From contig JAWOFO010000016.1 in assembly GCA_046497465.1 (NCBI GenBank), positions 8,711-72,710 on the forward strand: 64,000 bases of DNA. Reading direction: 5' to 3'. This DNA is from Desulfobia sp. Lineage in GTDB: Bacteria; Desulfobacterota; Desulfobulbia; Desulfobulbales; SURF-16. The notes under the pieces were generated by a model. That model made no database searches. It was given only the letters and a program-made list of their open reading frames with translations, and was not told where the DNA came from. Every line of letters starts with the position of its first letter. Position 1 is the stretch's first letter. Made by a program: the position numbers and the translations under genes. This document shows positions 18,479-27,296 of the stretch, in pieces.

Positions 18479-18904
18479 ATGAAGAAAAGGAACCTTAAAT
18501 CTCTTATCGTAGCCGGGACAGCAGTACTTACTCTTGGAATAGGAGGGGCTGCCAGCCAAGTAATTCCGGAAAAGGAAATCACACTTGAAGGGAAAAGGCC
18601 GGTCCACTTCAACCACAAAAGCCATCTTGATCTCGGTCTCACCTGTGGCGACTGTCATCACGACGCTGAGCACCAACCTCTAACTGCTGAAACAATCAAC
18701 GCCATGGATGACAAGGTCCAGCTTAAGTGCGACAGTTGTCACAACAAAGATTTCCAGAAAGAGGAACTTCAAAAAGGAAAAGATGTCTTCCATAGCAGCT
18801 GCAAGGACTGCCACAGCAAGGAGATTAACGGTAAAAAAGGCCCGACCAAATGCAGTTCCTGTCATGTAAGGCAACAAAGAAAGATAGGTCTGGAAGGCTG
18901 TTAA
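18479..18904 (+). CDS. Periplasmic tetraheme cytochrome c3
   Basis: It has a signal peptide and four CxxCH motifs (CGDCHH, CDSCHN, CKDCHS, CSSCHV) in 141 aa. A strong RBS AAGGAGG is present. Confidence 0.85.
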   Translation: MKKRNLKSLIVAGTAVLTLGIGGAASQVIPEKEITLEGKRPVHFNHKSHLDLGLTCGDCHHDAEHQPLTAETINAMDDKVQLKCDSCHNKDFQKEELQKGKDVFHSSCKDCHSKEINGKKGPTKCSSCHVRQQRKIGLEGC

Positions 18905-18933
18905 GCTTAAGAATAAGATAAACCCTTACATGA

Positions 18934-18977
18934 ATTCCGGCCGGCCGGAAAACGTACTGCCGGCCGGAATCTTTTTC
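18934..18977 (+). terminator. Rho-independent terminator after cytochrome c3
   Basis: A 12-bp GC-rich stem ATTCCGGCCGGC / GCCGGCCGGAAT is followed by CTTTTTC. Confidence 0.7.
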
Positions 18978-19189
18978 CGGCCTTCCTGCCTCAATCCTTG
19001 TCCCTGCAGTTATCTCGACAACCGCTTCCCTTCCTGGCTGTGTTGGAGCGCCTCGACTACGGAGGAATTAAGAGAGAGAACGAAGGGTGAGGGCTCAGCT
19101 GCCGTTTTCATCTTCACCGCAGGTGCTGGCAAGCAGCGCCCCGGCAACCCCGAAGAACCCTGCCTTACCCGCCTTTTTCATCTGCGGTT

Positions 19190-19588
19190 TCAAGGCGGCC
19201 AGAAGTTCTCTTCTCTGCAGAGAGGCCTGCCTGTTCTTCCGAAGGACTGACGTGGTTTCCAGCAGGTGCATATCCCGTTTATTGCCGTAATAAAGCGACG
19301 AATTAAGACCAAAATGACGTACTGAACTATTTCGGATTCCGGATCATCCAGATCCCCGAAAATTCTTGCTCCAGCCAGGCAGGTCTGCACACAGACCGGC
19401 GGCAGACCCTGTTCTACCCTCGGCATACAGTAATCACACTTGTCCACCTTAACCAGTTGCCGATTCACATACCTAGCTCCGTAAGGACAAGCTCCGACGC
19501 AGATCCCGCAGCCCAAACAGCGCTCCTTATCTATCTGGACAGTACCGTTGAAAGGATCTTTCCAGGTGGCGGCGACCTCAAGGGTCAT
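19190..19588 (-). pseudogene. Remnant of a DmsB/NrfC-type 4Fe-4S ferredoxin subunit (only the C-terminal cluster region is recognisable)
   Basis: CLGCGICVGACPYGARY...KCDYC..RVEQGLPPVCVQTCLAGARIFGDLDDPESE matches the last clusters of Mo-oxidoreductase beta subunits. The N-terminal two-cluster half is absent, and the sequence after SEIVQYV is not family-like. Confidence 0.5.
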
Positions 19589-19646
19589 AGACTCTCCGGT
19601 TTTAATATCTTTAACAGGAGATTATCAGTTGCGCCATGGTGAGATA

Positions 19647-19680
19647 GCTAAAAAACTGCAGGCCCCCATGGGGGGCCTGC
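19647..19680 (-). terminator. Rho-independent terminator of the multiheme-cytochrome operon
   Basis: A 10-bp perfect stem GCAGGCCCCC-ATG-GGGGGCCTGC is followed on the minus strand by AGTTTTTTAGC. Confidence 0.75.
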
Positions 19681-19790
19681 TCCTAAAAAGCAGCAAAGGT
19701 CTAACACCTTAACTTGACCCATTTTTTATCCAACCAATGTGGGGAGGTCCAGTAAAAAGGCCTTGTGCTGTAGATTAAAATATTATGTTA

Positions 19791-20162
19791 TTAATGACGA
19801 AATTTCCATTTATCTGCAATTTTTACGGTTCTCTTGTCACTGAAAAACAGGACTTCACTACCATCAAACTCACCATAAGGTACGTACCATAATTTCAGTT
19901 CCACTTGCATCTCATCGCTAGTTAGCTCACGTCGAGTTTCGCCATTTTTCTCAACATCTTTATAGGGATATGGTATTTCGATTTCTTCTTTGACCTTTTT
20001 ATTAGGCGGCAGGCTGGTTTCCCTTAAAAGACCGCTTTTTTCATAAGGACCGCGCCCCATTTCTCTGCTTACCCCCATTCTGCGAGGATGAGGCATATAG
20101 GTAATTCGGTCATGATAAACTACTTTCTCTTTATCTTTCTTCTCTTTGATTTTGCTGGTCAC
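19791..20162 (-). CDS. Hypothetical protein (123 aa, GTG start), downstream partner of the pentaheme cytochrome
   Basis: The ORF starts 27 nt after the cytochrome stop and is followed by the terminator. It is Lys/Glu-rich and has no signal peptide. No family was recognised. Confidence 0.45.
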   Translation of the reverse strand: MTSKIKEKKDKEKVVYHDRITYMPHPRRMGVSREMGRGPYEKSGLLRETSLPPNKKVKEEIEIPYPYKDVEKNGETRRELTSDEMQVELKLWYVPYGEFDGSEVLFFSDKRTVKIADKWKFRH

Positions 20163-20189
20163 ATCCAGGACCAGTCTATTCGGTGTAGG

Positions 20190-21179
20190 TCAGCCATCGG
20201 GTATCACATGACCGGTTTTGTTGTAAAATTCAAGATGTATCACCGCCATCGGTATAACACCTTTCTCTTTATTCTTCCGCCAGTAATAAGACATGTCCTT
20301 TACATCAGCATCAAGTGCCATTTTTATCATTTTATCGCTTCTGTAGGCTTGCATATCATGTCCCAGCCCGGATTTTTTCATGTGGCATTCCTGACAACCT
20401 TCAGTTCCGCCTTCAGGGAGATAAGCATACAGATAGCTGCCATACAAGGTAGCGCACTGGGAAGGGTGATCGAACTCAAAATTTGGTCCAAGGCCATGAC
20501 ATTGGCCACAAAAGATAGGTTCACTTATACCCGGAGCTTTAGCCATCTTATTAAAATCCGGATGATAATGACTTCCACCCTCATTCGGCCCGTATAATGT
20601 ATCAGGCTGGGGATAACCGTGTTCCCATTTATGGATCAGGGGTAACTTGTTATGACAAACCACACAGTTGATATTCAGACTGGCGATCTTATCTTCCAGG
20701 TCCCAGGCGAGATCCGTTTTGCCTTCATTATACGCCTTCTTCCATTTCCTGATAGTTTTTACGATCTCAACAGCTACATCATCAGTTGCTTCCTCTAACT
20801 GGGGAAGATGACATTTTGCACAGATCATCAGATTTTCAACAGTTATATCTTCGTCTTTTTTAACTCCTGAAAATTCGAATTTTTTTAACCCTTTGTCAAT
20901 AGTGGTTAAAATCGTGGGCGCTGTTCTTGGAGTACCAAGAATTGAACGGGCGTGCAGAGAATTTTCCCATTGATAATATATATCCTCATGGCATTCTATG
21001 CACGATTCCGAACTGTATCTCTGTACCAATTCCTCTATAGTTTTTGCCTTTTCCGGTGGTTTAACCGGTTGACCTCCTGGCGTATCTCCTCCTTCTGCAA
21101 AGACCAGGGGGGGCACCATTGTCAGAGTCAGTAAAGCTACCCCTCCAAAACCAGCAATCAAGCTTTTTTTGCCAATCAT
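20190..21179 (-). CDS. Periplasmic pentaheme c-type cytochrome (329 aa)
   Basis: The signal peptide is MIGKKSLIAGFGGVALLTLTMVPPLVFA. Five CxxCH motifs are present (CIECHE, CAKCHL, CVVCHN, CGQCHG, CQECHM). Confidence 0.8.
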   Translation of the reverse strand: MIGKKSLIAGFGGVALLTLTMVPPLVFAEGGDTPGGQPVKPPEKAKTIEELVQRYSSESCIECHEDIYYQWENSLHARSILGTPRTAPTILTTIDKGLKKFEFSGVKKDEDITVENLMICAKCHLPQLEEATDDVAVEIVKTIRKWKKAYNEGKTDLAWDLEDKIASLNINCVVCHNKLPLIHKWEHGYPQPDTLYGPNEGGSHYHPDFNKMAKAPGISEPIFCGQCHGLGPNFEFDHPSQCATLYGSYLYAYLPEGGTEGCQECHMKKSGLGHDMQAYRSDKMIKMALDADVKDMSYYWRKNKEKGVIPMAVIHLEFYNKTGHVIPDG

Positions 21180-21352
21180 AAAATTTCCTCCTTTTTGTTA
21201 ACTTACTCTGTTCTTACCCCGAAAAATTTTTCACAGTAATTCCCGATATCCCTGTCAGGCCGGTACTGGCAAGGGATAAACGATAATGGTTTCGTAAACT
21301 TTTTTGAATTGATATACTCTCACATAAAGAGCATCTTTTTTTATGGGTATCA

Positions 21353-21366
21353 TATAATATATTATA
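21353..21366. promoter_or_regulatory. Second copy of the palindrome TATAATATATTATA, upstream of the pentaheme cytochrome operon
   Basis: It is an exact repeat of 14351..14364 and lies about 175 nt upstream of the minus-strand start at 21179. Confidence 0.45.
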
Positions 21367-21554
21367 TTTTAAATATATTATTTTTGTTGAATAAAAAATA
21401 ACAATAAGGCAAATTTTCTCTTGACATAGCTGTTAAAATTGGCAGCATTTTTCATAAATAATTTAAAATATTTATAAAGAAAACCGCCATATCATCTATT
21501 ACAGCCTGTGTTAATAAAAGCCGTAACTCAGCCAAATCGTTCCGCCGGATTAAA

Positions 21555-22109
21555 ATGCGCGCTCATCTTAACGCCGATAAACTCTTTCCCCAGATACACA
21601 GGGATTTTGCCAAGGTAGAAAACCACTGTGCCGGCAACAGCCAAATTCCTCTGGATGATGTCCTTATGTCCGGCTTTGCCATGTTTTCTTTAAAGAACCC
21701 ATCACTGCTTGCCTTTGATAAGAGGCGGTTGGAGAGCCCGTCCAGTATACACACTGTTTATGGTGTGGGGCAGACCCCCTGCGACAGTCAGATGCGTGAT
21801 ATCCTGGACCCGATCTCTCCCAAGGCCTTGCGCCGCCCCTTCAGAAGTGTCTTTGCCCAACTCCAGCGTGGTAAAGCCATGGAGAAAATAACTTGGCTCA
21901 ATGGCTACTACCTCTTGGCTCTGGATGGAACCGGCATCTTTTCCTCGGAGCAGTTAAGTTCCGAGTATTGCCTGCGAAAAAAAACGAAACGGCAATATCG
22001 AGTATACCAGCAGATACTCGGCGCTGCTTCTGCTACGGTAAAAATCTTCGATCTTCGAGAAAATCGGACCATAAAAAACACCTTATCCGGGGTATTAACA
22101 GAGGCATAA
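21555..22109 (+). pseudogene. N-terminal fragment of a DDE transposase (IS4-like), truncated
   Basis: The translation LNADKLFPQIHRDF...IPLDDVLMSGFAMFSLKNPSLLAFDKRR...MRDILDPISP...FAQLQRGKAMEK...GYYLLALDGTGIFSS resembles the N-terminal ~155 aa of a widespread transposase family. The catalytic remainder is missing and no inverted repeats were identified. Confidence 0.6.
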
Positions 22110-22363
22110 GGTGAAGCAATTACATGGGGAGAGGCGTTTATAAAAAGACGGGTATATTCAGTTTGAAGATCTTCAAGGGAATCATCCGAATTGTCCAGAG
22201 CATTCCGGACTTCCTCTTTCTCATTTTCCCTGTTCAATTCTTCTAGAAAAAGACAAATAACAGAAAGTACGCCAACGCTTACCACTTCGGCCGGATAATG
22301 CATGAACCAAACAAGAAGCCGATAAACAGTATCTAAAGCTATTTTATCTTCATTATTGACCAT
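22100..22363 (-). pseudogene. 5' fragment of a TorD/DmsD-family redox-enzyme maturation chaperone, cut off at the IS fragment
   Basis: DTVYRLLVWFMHYP...LQTEYTRLFINASPHVIASPYASV matches the TorD-family core (EY.RLF...PYES.). Family-like sequence stops where the transposase fragment begins. The track ORF 21908..22363 continues as junk. Confidence 0.5.
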
Positions 22364-22485
22364 ATTAACTGTAATAAATACTTGATAAAAACTTCACTGT
22401 CAATATAAAGCTCCGGCGGCCTTTCTATCGTTTACATAGCCTGCCGGGCATATAAGTCGTCCCTGGTGGATTGAAATTACGACTG

Positions 22486-25029
22486 TTAATAGGTTTCCTC
22501 ATCAGTCCACATGTAGGGTTTGAAACGCAGGGAACAGTTGCGACCCTTGTTCTTGGCTTCATAAAGGGCAACATCCGCGTATTTTATGGTCTGGTACAGC
22601 TGGGTGGCATCCTCCGGAAATTCGGAAATACCGAGGCTTATGGTCTTCTGGATGGTCTCCTCGCTGGGCAGCCGGAAACGCTGACTTTCCACGGCCTTGC
22701 GGATCTTTTCCGCCACCTCTTCCGTATCCCCTTCGGTGGTGGGGTCCACGAGCAGAATAAGAAACTCTTCTCCTCCGTAGCGGACAACAAGGTCGGAGCG
22801 CCGGATATTGCTGTGAATAATTCCCACCACCTGCTCAAGTATGCTGTCTCCAGCCTGATGACCATACTGGTCATTTACCATTTTGAAATGGTCCAGATCG
22901 GCCATGATAAAGCCCAGTCTCTTACCTTGACGTTTGCTCAAAATTTCGGTCTGGGCCAGATATTCGTCCATGAATCTCCGGTTGTAGGCGCCGGTTAAAG
23001 GATCACGCAGAGATTTGTCCCGTGAGATCTGCAAGAGACGCAGCGAGGACAGAACCGGTGCAGTTTCCTCCAAATATTTACGGATAAACTGTACGTTTTC
23101 TTTCTTGTTTTCCCATTCCATTTTGGGCATGACAAAGGAGAATACTGCGCCCACCTGTCCGCTCATGACCATGGGCAGGCAACAGCGGACATGGGTCTCC
23201 GGTTTTACCGAGAAATAGGGACAGAGCATGGGATTATTGGCGGAGATCACCTCTTCGGAAATCCGTTTTGCCCGGCACAAATCACAGTTGAGGAAGACCT
23301 CGGCGTGGGTTTCCAGGTCCCCGCAGTTTATGGCCGGATGCATCCTGTTTTCGCTGAAGTCGACTTCCAAAAGCAGAAACCTCGAAAGTCCGAATGTACT
23401 CTTGAAGGCGTGTTCAAGGTGCATAAAGACCTCTTTTTTATCGTATACCCCCTGCAGATCATGGGCAAAGGTGGTCAAACGGGCCATCTGCTCCAGATAG
23501 TCGGAAACCTGGTCCAGGGAGGGCATGCCCCCGGGTCTGGTCCTGAACACCTCGGAGAGCAGTTGCCCGATATGCCCCAGGAACTGGGACCATAGCAGCA
23601 TCATGGTATTGATCATGTGGCGCGTTTCCATGAGTTCGTCCCCGTGGCGCATCTGGTAAACCGGACAATTGCGGCAGGTATCGTATTTATTCAGGAATAT
23701 GCAAGTGTCCCGCCATTTCGGGGATATGGCCTCGTCCCCGGTCTCCAGGTAGCAGACCCGACTGGGATCCTGATGTACGGGGCACTCCACGTTATGACAG
23801 TGCAGGATTTCCAGGCAGTGAACCGCGTCTGTCTCAAAGCGGTCGGCAAAATCGTTGAAATGGGAGGCGACCAGGATTTTTTTCATCCTGTCCAGGAAGT
23901 CTTTTATCCGCTTTACGTTCAAATATAAAAAGATCCAAAAAAATGCGGTACCCATTACCCCGAACCAGAGGAAAAAGCTGAGATTCTGCTTCTTTTTGGC
24001 AAGTTGGCCAGTGGCGTCCAAAAAAAAGTAGACCGATCCTATTATCTCTCCGTTGTAATTGCTTACCGGCCTATTCGATATCCGGTAGGAACCGATACTG
24101 GAGGGTATAATGTTTTTTCCCCGCATGACCTCAATGAATTCAGGAAGGTTCAGGTTCCCCAGGGCAGCTATAATACATCTGCCGTCCACCTTCCGGAACC
24201 CCTCACTTTTTGGCAGCTTTTCGGCAACCGATTCATTCAGGGTAACTATAAGGCCGTGCTGGTTGGAGAGCTCCAGGTCTGAAAAGACCCTGTCCAGGCT
24301 GCAAACCGCTTCCACTCCCCCTAAATAATTTCCGTCCTTGACAAGGGGAAATGCGGCCGCAATTATCAATCCTCCGGAAGTGATTCCCATGCCGGTCACG
24401 GAACTCATATTTTCCCGGGCCATGCCCATTATGTCCTTGGAGCCCTGGCTGGAGTCAATGCCCGTTTTCAGGCTCCAAGTGCTTAAAAGAGGTTTTTCCT
24501 GTGGTAGATAAAACTGCATTGGAACCGGCCTGGTACCTGAATTCAGACGAACCTTCTCGTTATAGGGAAGAATCAGGGACTGCAGGGCTTCCGGATCTTG
24601 ATTCTCGATGGCCTCCAGCACTCCGGGGATGGAGATAACCTGAACTGCCTCTTTCAAAAGTTCCTTTTTTTTGCGCTCGATGCCTTGCTCAAAGCGGGAG
24701 TTGAAGGATTCCAGCCGGTAGCCAATATGACTTCGGAGGGTCTTATCCAGGGTATAGGAGACAAAGAAGTAGGTTATGGCCAAGCCAGCCAGAAGGAGTA
24801 AACCCAAAAACCATACAAAACGGGCGTTAAGGCTCCATTTTTTCGGGTTTATCACCCGGGAGATTTGATATTTCCTGAGGGATCGTTTTGAGGTCTTCCC
24901 CATTTTCTTGGTATCCGAAAAGATATGTCCTATCTGCCTCAAGCCTTCACGGAATTGAATAAAAAACCGGGGCAATCGCGATGGAGATTCTTTTTTGTCT
25001 GATTTATCCCCTTTATCACCCATCTTCAA
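22486..25029 (-). CDS. Membrane-bound diguanylate cyclase: periplasmic Cache-like sensor, TM, 8-Cys module, GAF-like region, GGDEF
   Basis: The C-terminal region DPLTGAYNRRF...RYGGEEFLILL is a GGDEF domain. Two TM segments (aa ~70-90 and ~351-370) flank a ~260-aa periplasmic domain. The Cys-rich stretch HCLEILHCHNVECPV...CRNCPVYQ spans aa 405-457. Confidence 0.9.
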   Translation of the reverse strand: MKMGDKGDKSDKKESPSRLPRFFIQFREGLRQIGHIFSDTKKMGKTSKRSLRKYQISRVINPKKWSLNARFVWFLGLLLLAGLAITYFFVSYTLDKTLRSHIGYRLESFNSRFEQGIERKKKELLKEAVQVISIPGVLEAIENQDPEALQSLILPYNEKVRLNSGTRPVPMQFYLPQEKPLLSTWSLKTGIDSSQGSKDIMGMARENMSSVTGMGITSGGLIIAAAFPLVKDGNYLGGVEAVCSLDRVFSDLELSNQHGLIVTLNESVAEKLPKSEGFRKVDGRCIIAALGNLNLPEFIEVMRGKNIIPSSIGSYRISNRPVSNYNGEIIGSVYFFLDATGQLAKKKQNLSFFLWFGVMGTAFFWIFLYLNVKRIKDFLDRMKKILVASHFNDFADRFETDAVHCLEILHCHNVECPVHQDPSRVCYLETGDEAISPKWRDTCIFLNKYDTCRNCPVYQMRHGDELMETRHMINTMMLLWSQFLGHIGQLLSEVFRTRPGGMPSLDQVSDYLEQMARLTTFAHDLQGVYDKKEVFMHLEHAFKSTFGLSRFLLLEVDFSENRMHPAINCGDLETHAEVFLNCDLCRAKRISEEVISANNPMLCPYFSVKPETHVRCCLPMVMSGQVGAVFSFVMPKMEWENKKENVQFIRKYLEETAPVLSSLRLLQISRDKSLRDPLTGAYNRRFMDEYLAQTEILSKRQGKRLGFIMADLDHFKMVNDQYGHQAGDSILEQVVGIIHSNIRRSDLVVRYGGEEFLILLVDPTTEGDTEEVAEKIRKAVESQRFRLPSEETIQKTISLGISEFPEDATQLYQTIKYADVALYEAKNKGRNCSLRFKPYMWTDEETY

Positions 25030-25130
25030 TACTTTTAACAGTGAATTAAAATGCTTTTTTCAGTTTTTAGTGTCGAAGGCCGGAATTTTTTTAATCTCCC
25101 TATTTTTAAAATCAAAAATTAACATTCTTC

Positions 25131-25171
25131 ATTGATAATCAACTCGGAATAATTCTGTCAAGATAAATCTG
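25131..25171 (-). promoter_or_regulatory. Sigma70-like promoter (TTGACA-17/18-TATCAA) sharing the 18-mer found at 5926..5943
   Basis: The minus strand reads CAGATTTATCTTGACAGAATTATTCCGAGTTGATTATCAA, about 105-140 nt upstream of the diguanylate cyclase start. Confidence 0.4.
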
Positions 25172-25353
25172 ATCTTAACTCTGCACCGTTACAATAAAAA
25201 TCCGAACAAAACTGCCCAAAAACAAATTATGCCCTTAACTCCTTATTAAATCATTTATAAATCCCGATATATTTATTAAGAGAAAAACAGAAATCGATAA
25301 ACAACAGAAATGAAAAAGGAGGTGACAGCTGGGCGGTTCACCGTTAATCGGCA

Positions 25354-25599
25354 ATGACCGCAAAAAAATTATTACTGAAAGGGGGCGGAAAATGGACACT
25401 GCTTTTCTGCCTTGACTGCGGCGCCAGCCGCTGGGTATACCGGGAACTTGCCAAGAACAGCTACCGGCATCATATTCTCTGGCTCAAGGGCTGCCCGGAC
25501 TGCAGCAATACTTTCGGCGGCCTCTATTTTACTGACCGGCAAATGCCCTCGGTCACTCCTTACTTTATAAACAGGGAGACGGCTACTTTGGCTGCCTGA
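25354..25599 (+). CDS. Hypothetical small protein with two CxxC pairs (81 aa)
   Basis: CLDCG...CPDCS suggests a zinc ribbon. The nearest SD (AAGGAGG) lies about 30 nt upstream, which is a poor start context. Confidence 0.3.
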   Translation: MTAKKLLLKGGGKWTLLFCLDCGASRWVYRELAKNSYRHHILWLKGCPDCSNTFGGLYFTDRQMPSVTPYFINRETATLAA

Positions 25600-25812
25600 G
25601 GAAATCGGATGCCCAGCGGCCTTTCCCGCCAGCTTAGTCCATAAAAGTTGACCTGCCTTCCGTCCACTGCCAGCTCCCTAACTGCAAGCGCTGCAGAGTC
25701 TTGAGCAGATAAGGGGAATAAATATCAACAGCAATTTACAGGTCAATTTTTTAGGCCGACAAGGTTTCTTAAAAAACAACCTGTATTACAGGATCTCCTG
25801 AATAAACATATC

Positions 25813-27296
25813 ATCGAGATAGACCGGCCAGTTACCCGACCGCTCTCTCACAGATCCCTGCGTACGGTTTTCCCGCACAGGGCTCCTCAGTATTGTTCGC
25901 TTCGTACAAGTGCGAAGGGTTATTCCCAATATCCGATTATCTTGGACCGGGGTACCTTGAAATGCACGAGCATTTCACTGAACCCCGCCCAGTTGCAGCT
26001 TTTCTTCTGTGTTCGTCTGTTGAGCCACTTGAAAACTGTCCGACAGCTTTGCCGGTAGAACCGCTTCAACATCTCGAAGTTATCGCTCACCCCATAATAG
26101 TTGAAGTGACCCTGTAGCTTCTGGCCGAACTTGATCAGAAGTGCCGCCGTTCCCAGACGACCACGTTCTTTCTTGATCCAGCTTGTCAACGCGGCAAGTG
26201 CCAGCTGAAATTTCTCCCTCGCCGTCCGCATCTTGACCAGTGGTTTTCCGAGTACCCTGGACACTCGCCTCTCCTCTTCCCGGTACTGGAAACAGCAGAC
26301 ACAATCATCAGCGAACCTCATGAGCATTACATCGCCATAGCAGAGGGGCTTGACAATCTTCTCAAACCATAGGTCCAGTGCATAGTGCAGGTAAATGTTA
26401 ACCAGCACGGCAGAAAGTCCTGCTCATAAATGGCCGACAGGATCTGGGCCGCGGCCGTCTGGACCAGCTTATCGCCGATCACCGGGATACCGAGCGGGCG
26501 TTGTTTCCCGCCAGGCTTCGGGATATTCCGGCGACGTATCAGCTTTGCCTTGTACCGCTTTTCTTTCAGAGCCGTCGCCAGCTGGCGGACATTCTCTTCA
26601 AGATCGGCTTCGAAGACGGTCCGGTCAACTCCATCTACTCCGGACGCGGCCTTCCGGTTCATCTCCGGGAAGCATTCAAGAAGGTTCTTCTCGTTTAACA
26701 GACTGTACAGATTGCCGAATCGGTGTTTCGGGTCTCCTTTGCTCTCTTTGCTATTACCCGCAGTGAGGTTTGCATATATTTCCTTTGCGGGCTACACAAT
26801 ACCGTCATCCCCTTCCCCATGTGAACGGCCCTACCGTCTCAGAGTACTATGAGATGATCTGACTCCCTTAATCCCATCGGACGCTCTTCCTGTGGTTGAT
26901 ACGTCCTACCTCCGATCGGTCGATCGCAGGAGGAAGAAGGGTCTCCCAGGTTCCTGACGCTTCTTTCACTGCATGCCAAGCTCTCGGACCCCGGCAGCTC
27001 CTCAGGATCTCACCATAACGATCCCTCTGTACTGGCTTCCGGCACGTTAAAACCGTCGCCAACTGCCTTGTTGCTCTTACAAGGCTGAATTGCTTAGGGG
27101 AGGTACGTCTCCCCTGCGGCCTACAGTGTTCCCTGTGTACGCTTCACAACTCTTGTTCACCGGCAATAACCACCGATTCCGCAAGTTGCGCAACACCCGG
27201 TATAGGCTGCTGGTTAAGCTTTGCCCAATGGGGTCTTCCCACCCACGTACGGAGATGGGGTACCCTATAAGAAACGCCAGGCTGCGCCTGGCGCAC
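25813..27296 (-). mobile_element. Group II intron (about 1.48 kb) with intact-looking ribozyme ends and a decayed IEP ORF
   Basis: The 5' end is GTGCGCC (27296 downward). Domain V is GAGCCCTGTGCGGGAAAACCGTACGCAGGGATC (25853..25885). Domain VI has the stem CGGTCGG-GTAA-CTGGCCG and then CTATCTCGAT ending at 25813. An RT/maturase remnant lies in domain IV. Confidence 0.8.
25920..26791 (-). pseudogene. Group II intron reverse transcriptase/maturase, internally deleted and frameshifted
   Basis: The N-frame reads ...HRFGNLYSLLNEKNLLECFPEMNRKAASGVDGV...IPKPGGKQRPLGIPVIGDKLVQTAAAQILSAIYEQDFLPC. It then shifts frame directly into LVNIYLHYALDLWFE...LMRFADDCV...GHFNYYGV...WLNRRTQKKS. RT motifs 2b-4a are missing, and most of 6-7 is too. 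No ATG heads the long frame. Confidence 0.8.

Noticed and set aside
18930-19290. Plus-strand ORFs of 106 and 67 aa downstream of cytochrome c3
   Set aside because: They lie beyond a strong terminator and are Pro/Ser/Arg/Cys-rich, which is typical of non-coding GC-rich DNA. The region is better explained as decayed remnants on the opposite strand.
20088-20597. A 169-aa plus-strand ORF spanning the junction between the cytochrome gene and the 123-aa gene
   Set aside because: It is antisense to two co-oriented genes and its composition is not protein-like.
22471-22998. A 175-aa plus-strand ORF overlapping the GGDEF domain region
   Set aside because: It is antisense to the diguanylate cyclase and there is no independent support for it.
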